A DNA stretch of 64,000 bases from an uncultured Chloroflexia bacterium (lineage in GTDB: Bacteria; Chloroflexota; Chloroflexia; Thermomicrobiales; CFX8): contig CAVPYN010000019.1 in assembly GCA_963709995.1 (NCBI GenBank), forward strand, positions 127,109 through 191,108, in the 5' to 3' direction. Shown here piece after piece: positions 43,826 to 51,405 of this stretch (position 1 is the stretch's first letter; every line of letters begins with the position of its first letter). Below the pieces are notes generated by a model. The model did not search any database, had not been told where the DNA came from, and saw nothing but the letters and a program-made list of their open reading frames with translations. The position numbers and the translations under genes were made by a program.

Positions 43826-45235
43826 CTACGACCCTTCGATCGTGAAGACTTTGAAACCGGTCACCCGCACGTTGATAGCGTCATTGAGATACAACCCGAC
43901 GCTGCCTGCATCGTTGTAGAGATTGTCCGTAGTCTCGCCGGCGAAGTTGCCATCAATGAACAATCGAATGCGCTCTCCCGCGATTTCGAGTCGATAAGTA
44001 TGCGGTTGATCATTGAGCGTCAAGTCGCCATTGGCGAGTTCATTCGCATCTGGCGAGTCGTCAGGAATAGCCAAAATACTCCATCCATCCAGACAGGCTG
44101 CTCCCACGTAGCCAGCAATGAAATCCTCGCCGTTGTCTGACTGGTCCGAGCCGCGGCCGAACAGACCGGAGACGCCGTCGCACTCTTCTAACTCAGTGAA
44201 CGTTAACGTGGCTTCGACGGCGTAGTTTGCCGTTGCAATGTCCGTAACCGGGGCAACGAGCGTGCGAAGTCCAGAACCGCTGCTCACGAGCGCATCTCCT
44301 TCAATTTGCCAACTGTCGTTGAGATCCCACTCGTCCGGGTTGTCCTGAAGATTGGACTCATAGACGAGCTCGCCCGGTGCAGGTTGCGGTGGCGAGGGGC
44401 TTTCAGTTGCGGTCGCGTCCGGTTCAGTGGGCTCCACCGTGGCGGTTGGCTCGGCGGTCGGTTCTTCCGTAGCCGTGGGCTCGGGCGTCTCGGTTGGCTC
44501 CGGCGTGGCAGTCGGCTCTTCAGTCGCCGTCGGCTGTGCAGATGCGGTTGCGTTGGAAGCAGCGGTCGCCGTCATGTCGCCAGCTTCACGCTCCTGTGTC
44601 GCCTGGCCCGAAAGCGCGGTAGCGGTTGCATCGAGATCCTCGCGATCGATCGTTGCCAGACCCGCCAGGGCGGTCGCTGTCGAATCGAGACTGTTGGCAA
44701 CGGCGGTGGCGGTACTGGACTGGGCTTCACTGTCATCGTCATCGTCATCACCCGCAAAGAATACCAATGCCAGGATGATCACCACGACGATCGCAATCGC
44801 GCCAATGAGCACAGGAATGAGCCAGGGGCGATCTGGCGATTCATCCTCGACGACCCGGTCCGGTCGCTGCGCCAGCAATGCTTCGTCGTCTTCCTGGACG
44901 AGCACGAGCGCTTGTGCGGACGGTTGAGGCGCGTTTGCCAGTTCCTCGCTCGTGAGACTATTGGGGTGGGGGATAGTTGGCGCGGCGGGATCGTCCATGA
45001 CCGCGTAGAAAGCCATGACTCGATTGAGGGACGTGCCACCTTCGACGTAGGTGATGTCAAGCTTATCGTAGGTGTTGCCAAGATGATTTCGCGCAACGGT
45101 CTGATCGATCCGGAGCGCTCCCGCGATCTCCGAGGAGGTGCGCCCCGCCCATCGTTCGTTGATGACTACGAGCTCGGCGTCGTTCAGGCGCCCCAGCAGT
45201 TCAAGTTGTTCGGCGCGACCGATTTGTTCGTCCAT
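43826..45235 (-). CDS. membrane-anchored protein: LuxR-like HTH, TM, Pro/Thr linker, DUF1080/concanavalin-like beta-sandwich
   Basis: LNDAELVV...SEIAGALRIDQTVARNHLGNTYDKL; TM WLIPVLIGAIAIVVVIILALVFF; PTATPEPT repeats; HTYRLEIAGERIRLFIDG...GSVGLY; ATG 45235. Confidence 0.7.
   Translation of the reverse strand: MDEQIGRAEQLELLGRLNDAELVVINERWAGRTSSEIAGALRIDQTVARNHLGNTYDKLDITYVEGGTSLNRVMAFYAVMDDPAAPTIPHPNSLTSEELANAPQPSAQALVLVQEDDEALLAQRPDRVVEDESPDRPWLIPVLIGAIAIVVVIILALVFFAGDDDDDDSEAQSSTATAVANSLDSTATALAGLATIDREDLDATATALSGQATQEREAGDMTATAASNATASAQPTATEEPTATPEPTETPEPTATEEPTAEPTATVEPTEPDATATESPSPPQPAPGELVYESNLQDNPDEWDLNDSWQIEGDALVSSGSGLRTLVAPVTDIATANYAVEATLTFTELEECDGVSGLFGRGSDQSDNGEDFIAGYVGAACLDGWSILAIPDDSPDANELANGDLTLNDQPHTYRLEIAGERIRLFIDGNFAGETTDNLYNDAGSVGLYLNDAINVRVTGFKVFTIEGS
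44395..44540 (-). repeat. coding Pro/Thr/Glu linker repeats (PTATEEPTATPEPTETPEPTATEEPTAEPTAT)
   Basis: Imperfect tandem repeats in translated ORF. Confidence 0.7.
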
Positions 45236-45456
45236 CTGTTGGAGCCCCCTTCGACGGAACGCGTATCTGCGAACGCAACCCGGCGTCTGTTTCGACCACA
45301 ACTATAGTCAAGATGCGGCGTTATGAACGAGTACCGGGAGACGCACGGGCAATTGGGCCAGCGTACTTCTCGAATCTTGCCCCCACACGATTGTATGTTT
45401 AGGTGGTTCTTGCGCCTTACTCCCGGCAAGTGTAGCCGCCAAGATCACGTGCCTTG

Positions 45457-47094
45457 CTAGAGATTCTGCGTTTGCATCACTCGCCGGTGCAGATTCTCGA
45501 CTTGCATCCATGCGGCGGAGATCGCACCTTCCTGCCAACCCGGCACATAGCTCAGCATTTCGCCAGCGAGATAGATGCGTCCATCGGGCTCTAGGAGCAC
45601 GGGATAAAATTGCTCGCGATCGGCCGCGCTCCAGCCTGACCAACCTCCGAGGCTGTACCGCACGCGATCCCATGAGACCGAGAACCCGTTCTCAAACTCG
45701 TCGCGATACGTCGGTCCATGAACCAGTTCACCGCCAGCTAGGGCAGTCTCGATCCGCCCCTTCGGAGTCATATCGCCAATTCTCGCCGCGTCTGCGCCAA
45801 AGTTGTAATACGCTTGCAGGACGCCTTTTTCGGTGAGCATGCCCCAGGTGGGGTAAGAGATCGTGCCGATCTCCGAGCGATCCAGGAAGCTGATGCCACC
45901 GTAGATCCACTCGTCTTCTTCCCAGAATCGACGCTTGAACTGCAGACCCATCTTGCCGACCGCCAAATAGTTCGATCCGGCTTCGATGGCCGCCTGATAC
46001 TGCGGAGAGAACGCAGCCGGGATGCTCTTCAACACGGAAAGCGGGATCGTGCTCACGATATAGTCACCATGGTATTGCTCGGTGCGTCCGGTCTGCGTAT
46101 TGCGATACACCACCCAGGTGGATGTTGGGGATTGCTGGATCTCCAGGATGTCTGCGTTGAACTGGACCCGATCCTTGAGCCTTGGCAGGAAACCCTTTTC
46201 GTAGATGGCGCTCATGCCCTCCTCAGGCGTCTGCATCGTCTCCTGCATCTCGAGCAGCGGCGCCATGCGATAGATAATCGCCGCCTGATTCGCGGTGGCC
46301 GCGCCGAAGGCGACGATGTCCGAAAGGGGTAATGGCGTCGAATCGATCTCCGGTTGGTTGCCCGCTCCGGCGTACTGGTCCACGCCCCGCGAATTGTTCG
46401 GGCCGTAGGTGTAATCGGAACTCGAAAGTATTCCTTCCTGGACGAGGTACGTGAGCAAGTCTTCGCGGTCGTCCTGTGTTAGTTCCTGATCGAGTGCCTC
46501 CTGGCTGATCGCCTTCGCCAGAATTTCCGAGGTATGGCCGGTCATATCCGCGTACAGCTCGCGCAGCCGCATCTTCCGGCCACCCGTCTGTCCCCGCACA
46601 TTCTCCATGTACGAGTACGCCTGGTGGTTGACGTTCTTGTGGACGATCATCTTGATCCCGAATAGTTTTGGATAATACAGCGTGGCCCGGTGGTAGTAGG
46701 GAATTCGCCAGGCGCCCGCGTTGTAATACTGCCCTGTGTCAAACTCCGCAACCTGGGGTTCGGTTCCAATCTCCTCGGATACTGCCCCCCGGCGGACGGT
46801 GAAGACGTGCCCGCCAACCCTGCTACGGGCTTCAAACACCTTGACGTCATAACCAAGTTGGACAAGCTCGTAGGCAGTCGCCAATCCGGCGGGTCCGGCT
46901 CCGATGACGATCACCTTGACGCCGTTCACATCACCGTTCAGAACGGGCGGCTCAGCCTGTCCCGAATCGCCGGCCAACCCCCAGGCTTGCATCGCGCTCA
47001 AAGTGGCGGCGCTTGCCCCGGTCGCGCCGAGAGCTTTCAGAAACGTCCGGCGGCTGATCGACCGTCGGTTGCTGCCAGAATCGGGAGATGCCAT
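45457..47094 (-). CDS. Tat-exported flavin monoamine oxidase / L-amino-acid oxidase family protein
   Basis: Tat motif SRRTFLK; [37 protein letters not shown]. Confidence 0.87.
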   Translation of the reverse strand: MASPDSGSNRRSISRRTFLKALGATGASAATLSAMQAWGLAGDSGQAEPPVLNGDVNGVKVIVIGAGPAGLATAYELVQLGYDVKVFEARSRVGGHVFTVRRGAVSEEIGTEPQVAEFDTGQYYNAGAWRIPYYHRATLYYPKLFGIKMIVHKNVNHQAYSYMENVRGQTGGRKMRLRELYADMTGHTSEILAKAISQEALDQELTQDDREDLLTYLVQEGILSSSDYTYGPNNSRGVDQYAGAGNQPEIDSTPLPLSDIVAFGAATANQAAIIYRMAPLLEMQETMQTPEEGMSAIYEKGFLPRLKDRVQFNADILEIQQSPTSTWVVYRNTQTGRTEQYHGDYIVSTIPLSVLKSIPAAFSPQYQAAIEAGSNYLAVGKMGLQFKRRFWEEDEWIYGGISFLDRSEIGTISYPTWGMLTEKGVLQAYYNFGADAARIGDMTPKGRIETALAGGELVHGPTYRDEFENGFSVSWDRVRYSLGGWSGWSAADREQFYPVLLEPDGRIYLAGEMLSYVPGWQEGAISAAWMQVENLHRRVMQTQNL

Positions 47095-47374
47095 GGGAAG
47101 CTCGCTTTCGTGTCTCGGATTTGACTTTCGTGCGCGTGCTCAACCCACGGTGGGGATTGGGCGCGCCAGGGTGTACGTTCGGATTCGAGATAAACATAGC
47201 ACGCTGACGGAGGGGCCGTGGATAGACAATCCAGGACCATTGTCCTGACCATTAACGATCGAGGTCGATTGCAGAATTGACTGGGCTGGTGCTACCGCGA
47301 CTGGCAACGGACGGGCAGGCGGACCTGAGCACCAAGTCAGTTCGCGCGATCCGCCGTTTCAATCATGGGGAGAG

Positions 47375-47446
47375 AGCTGGCGAAGAGATTCGAACTCATA
47401 ACCTGTCGTTTGCAAAACAGCTGCTCTGCCGTTGAGCTACGCCGGC
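47375..47446 (-). pseudogene. degenerate full-length copy of tRNA-Thr(TGT); anticodon now TGC
   Basis: Differs from 51101-51172 at 4 positions, giving C-A mismatches in acceptor and anticodon stems. Confidence 0.8.
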
Positions 47447-47876
47447 AAGTTCGTCCCGAGATATGACTGGTGCGGCTGTCTCGAAATGATTCTCAGCGTG
47501 TCTGCGGCATGGTTCCCAAGGGGCATGGAGGCTCGCGCCAGCTCTAAATCTGGACTTGATGTACGGGCAAACGCGCTAACCAGTGCCGCGGTACGCAACT
47601 CTCAAGCGGCTGTGCCAAACGACTCGATAGCGGTCTTGATCCGAACATAGTCCGTCCATCACTACCGAGCGATACTACGCGGCGCGCCCTATTTCCCTTG
47701 ATGACGCTCAAAGAAGTACTCTCCCGCCTGCGCGGCGCTCTCCACGCGTCAAACGGCAAGCCAATTCGCGCGACGGTGCGTCACGCTGGCCACACGAGGC
47801 AATCTTGCAACCTTTCGGTAGTAGATAACTCGGCGGATATCGACTCCGGGAGCTACCGAGCAACGATCAGGACGAC

Positions 47877-50800
47877 TTAAATCAGTTCGTGTTCGACGGC
47901 AAATCGCGTTGCCGCGGCGCGCCCCCTGACGTCGAGCTTCGTGTAGACGCCAGTCAGGTGTGAACTCACTGTGCGTGGAGATATGAAGAGTTGCTCGGCC
48001 ACCTCTAGGTCGGTCAGTCCCTGCGCCACGAGACGCAACACTTCTATCTCACGCCCTGTCAGTCCAAATCGCTTGCCCGGCGCAACCTGTTCGTCGATCA
48101 ACCGCGCCGATAGCGCTTCTGCACATGCGAGGGTTGGTTTGGCTGCGAGCGGAAGGCAAATCTCGCGGACCTGGGCAACGAGCGCGTGCGCTTCTTCGGT
48201 TGCGCCGGTCGCAGCCCGAAGCTCGGCAAGGGCGAGGAGGGTCAGGGCCTGCTCGAAGGGCGCGGCGCAAGCGCGCGCCAGGGCGAGCGCTTCCTGCAAA
48301 TGCTGGTCGGCGTCGGCGTAGTCGCCGGCTTCGGCGTCAAGTTGGCCGACGAAGCGATGAGCAGCGAGAAGTGTGAGTGGCTGGGCTGGATCGCCAGCGA
48401 GACGCAGCCCTTCAACGGCGTGGTGGCGTGCCGCATCAGCGTCGCCACTTAAGTGATGGTAGCGCGCCCAGAGCAGCTCGGCATCGGGCAGTGAGCGTGC
48501 GGAGCTGCCCCAGACCAGCCAGCGACCGTGCGCCTCCAGCCAGACTCGGGCGTGATCCAGGTTTCCGTGATCGAGCGCCAGTCTGACCGCCAGGCTCTGC
48601 AGCACCAATGTCGCAGCGAAGGGCTGATCACCCGGTTCAGTATGGGGTCCATCCACAAGCACTTTGTGGATGAGTTGCCAGGCAAAGTCATCATCTCCTT
48701 GCCCCCAGGCAATGGCGCAAACAGCGGCCGTGGCGTAGCTGCGAAACGTGACGTTCGGCTGTTCAAGCTCCGTGCCGATCACTTCCCGCCCCCGAACCCA
48801 CCAGCCAGCCAGGAAGGTCACCGCAAGCGTGCCAGACGCGACAGGCGAACCGCTACTGCCGGATGCCCCATGACCGCGCGCCCGCGCAGCCTCAGCCTCG
48901 GCAACGAGCCGCCGGCGCAGCGCCAGGTCCGTAGCAAAGTACGGACAGATGACCAACCACAATTGGCTCATCGTCGTGCCACACACCAGTTCGTGGTGGT
49001 CGAAGCTGCGGTAGATCTCGCGAGCCCGGTTGAAAGCTTGATTGGCATCATCGCGTCGTCCGAGTTCCGCGTAACCGAACCCTAAGGCGTGCATTGCGTC
49101 CCCCAGCGAACCCGCCGCCAACTCGGCGAGTCGAGGGACGCCCGCGGTCTCATGTCGGTATGCCTCCCCAATGGCGATGGCTTCGACATTTCGCCCGACT
49201 ATTGCCAGCCACAACGCCAGCGTCGAGCGCCGGAGGTTGGGAGGGGCAGACGGTCCAGCGACACTTGCATCCTCAAGACCTCTCGGTTCGTCTGTTCGCA
49301 GTGCGTCCGCGATCCAGGAGGCTATCAACGGGTCACGACTTAGGTGGTCCGCGGGTAACCCATCCAGTGCCTCGACGCCGGTTGCCAATTCGTCGATGCC
49401 GCGTCGGATGTCGCCGGTAAAGCAGCGCAGTAGACCCCGGTCAGCCAGCGCATAAGCAGCAAGGACGTCATCCCTGACTGTCCGCGCGACGCGCTCGGCT
49501 TCCAGGAGACACTCCACACCATCTTCTGGTTTGGACAGACGCAGCATCCGTCCGGTGCGGTAGAGCAGCCAGCCACGCTCTACTGCTCGCTCGGGATCAT
49601 TTCCTATGAGTTGCGCCGCAGCCTGAAAGCGGTCGATTGCAGTGCGCCAGGCATAGGTCTGATATGCTCGATCTCCTGCTGCAATGAGCCACTCGATCGC
49701 GCGCGGGTCGGCCGCGCGCTGAAAGTGATCCGCCACCGCATCCGGGTCCGGTAGACGCGCCGTGGCCAACTGCTCGGCAACTTGTTCATGCAATGGTCGC
49801 CTTCGAATCGGAAGGATGCTGTCATAGATGGCCTCGCGAACGAGCGCATGCACGAATCGCACCGCTGTCCCATCCGGCGTGGCGTACACGAAATTGGCTG
49901 CGATCGCCTCCTCGACCATTGCAAGTAACGCCGCATTTTCGACTTCCGCCACCTGACTCCATAACTCGACCGGTACCTCGTGTCCGATCACAGCTGCGAC
50001 AGCGAGCAACTCGCGGGTCTCCTCGCTCAAACGTCCCACTCGACCGGCGATCAGCTGATGGATGAGCGGAGGAACACCCCCGCGATCCAGCGCAGCGACG
50101 GTCCAATTGTCCTGTTCAAGCCAGAGCAACCCATCTCCTTCGAGCGTCCTCAGTACTTCATGGATGAAGAGCGGGTTACCCTCTGTGTGCGCAATCAGGT
50201 AGGCGGCTAAGCGCGAAGCGTCCCCCGCTGGGAGTCGGTATCGTTCATCAACGATCGTCCGCACGTCCTCGTCATCGAGTTGGCGGAGCTCGACTCGCTC
50301 GGCGTCTGCTTCACGCACCAGCAACGGGAGCAGCGGATAGAGCGCATGCTGGGGGGTGACCTCGTCCGCCCGGTAGGTTGCAACCACGAGCATCGATTCG
50401 TGTCGCACATGGCGTGCCACGTAGCGCAGTAACTCCAGGCTGGCCTGGTCCGACCAATGCAGATCTTCCAGCACGAGCATCGTCGGACGGCTCGCCGATA
50501 GGGTGGCAAAGTAGTCGCGTGCTTCGTCGAACAGCGCGTCCTGACTCGCGACCGAGCCCGTCGCGGCATCCCGGCGCAGGAGAGTTGGAAGCTCGATTTC
50601 AGCTGGGCATTGGTTGGCGAGTTCGATCCAGGGACCATATGGCGGAGTGGTGGTCAGGTCGTAGCAGCCACCCGAAAGGACAAGAACGTCCTGACTCGCC
50701 GCCGTCTGGTCGAGCAGGTTGACTACCGTCGACTTGCCAATGCCAGCTTCGCCGCTGATCAGCACGATCCCTCCGCGACCCGACAGTGCTGCGTTTAAGT

Positions 50801-50891
50801 GTCGACTCAGCAGCTCCAACTCGCGCTGCCGGCCAACGGTGAGGGCGCTGTCGACACCCACCTGACCATTCTTATATGACAACTCACGCAT
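47877..50891 (-). CDS. LAL-type AAA ATPase/TPR/LuxR-HTH regulator
   Basis: VGRQREL, GEAGIGKS, LEDLHWSD, TEGNPLF, FVHALVRE, LTGREIEVLRLVAQG...ISPRTV. Confidence 0.92.
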   Translation of the reverse strand: MRELSYKNGQVGVDSALTVGRQRELELLSRHLNAALSGRGGIVLISGEAGIGKSTVVNLLDQTAASQDVLVLSGGCYDLTTTPPYGPWIELANQCPAEIELPTLLRRDAATGSVASQDALFDEARDYFATLSASRPTMLVLEDLHWSDQASLELLRYVARHVRHESMLVVATYRADEVTPQHALYPLLPLLVREADAERVELRQLDDEDVRTIVDERYRLPAGDASRLAAYLIAHTEGNPLFIHEVLRTLEGDGLLWLEQDNWTVAALDRGGVPPLIHQLIAGRVGRLSEETRELLAVAAVIGHEVPVELWSQVAEVENAALLAMVEEAIAANFVYATPDGTAVRFVHALVREAIYDSILPIRRRPLHEQVAEQLATARLPDPDAVADHFQRAADPRAIEWLIAAGDRAYQTYAWRTAIDRFQAAAQLIGNDPERAVERGWLLYRTGRMLRLSKPEDGVECLLEAERVARTVRDDVLAAYALADRGLLRCFTGDIRRGIDELATGVEALDGLPADHLSRDPLIASWIADALRTDEPRGLEDASVAGPSAPPNLRRSTLALWLAIVGRNVEAIAIGEAYRHETAGVPRLAELAAGSLGDAMHALGFGYAELGRRDDANQAFNRAREIYRSFDHHELVCGTTMSQLWLVICPYFATDLALRRRLVAEAEAARARGHGASGSSGSPVASGTLAVTFLAGWWVRGREVIGTELEQPNVTFRSYATAAVCAIAWGQGDDDFAWQLIHKVLVDGPHTEPGDQPFAATLVLQSLAVRLALDHGNLDHARVWLEAHGRWLVWGSSARSLPDAELLWARYHHLSGDADAARHHAVEGLRLAGDPAQPLTLLAAHRFVGQLDAEAGDYADADQHLQEALALARACAAPFEQALTLLALAELRAATGATEEAHALVAQVREICLPLAAKPTLACAEALSARLIDEQVAPGKRFGLTGREIEVLRLVAQGLTDLEVAEQLFISPRTVSSHLTGVYTKLDVRGRAAATRFAVEHELI

Positions 50892-51100
50892 CGTCGCCGT
50901 CTATCTCAATCCTGTTCGGCCATGCAGGAGAACAACGCGTCTAGCGGCGGTCGCTCAGGAGAGGCCATGCTCAATCCAAGCGCTGCCGGTCGATGAACTG
51001 CTTAGCGCTGGCAAATCATGTGCGCACCGGACACAAGGCAGAGGGCGCTGGCGATCAATCCTCGCTCGAACGAGTGTGTACGGCACGCGGATTCTAATTG

Positions 51101-51172
51101 AGCCGGCGAAGAGATTCGAACTCATAACCTGCTGTTTACAAAACAGCTGCTCTGCCGTTGAGCTACGCCGGC
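51101..51172 (-). tRNA. tRNA-Thr(TGT)
   Basis: GCCGGCG/CGCCGGC acceptor; GCTGT-TTTGTAA-ACAGC; extended -10 TGTTATACT upstream. Confidence 0.95.
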
Positions 51173-51405
51173 AAGGATGCCCACCAGTATAACATCGGAT
51201 TTTGGCAGTTCGGGGCGGCAACCCAGCGAGAACGCATTGCAGACATCCTACCCGCTGGTGATCCAGGTGACGCCGAAGACATGAAACTGGTGCTCAGACT
51301 GTGCGCTAGACACATGGCCCCCGTGAGGTTCCTGTTGACGCTACCTGCCCCGTAGTACCGTCACGGAAATGACGTACTCAGCATTCATCGACGAAATGTA
51401 TAGAG

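Larger units (their letters stand above)
47374..51175. repeat. 76-bp direct repeats (47374-47449 and 51100-51175) flanking an AAA-LuxR gene
   Basis: Direct alignment, 72/76 identical. Confidence 0.85.

Noticed and set aside
44395-44760. CRISPR or VNTR array
   Set aside because: Repeats are degenerate in-frame Pro/Thr/Ala linker codons with no repeat-spacer structure; no cas genes in the window
47375-47446. Functional tRNA-Ala(TGC)
   Set aside because: tRNA-Thr body, no G3:U70, mismatched acceptor and anticodon stems
47450-47876. Short ORFs or integrase remnant beside the pseudo-tRNA
   Set aside because: No recombinase motif or convincing SD/ORF recognised by eye; needs tBLASTn
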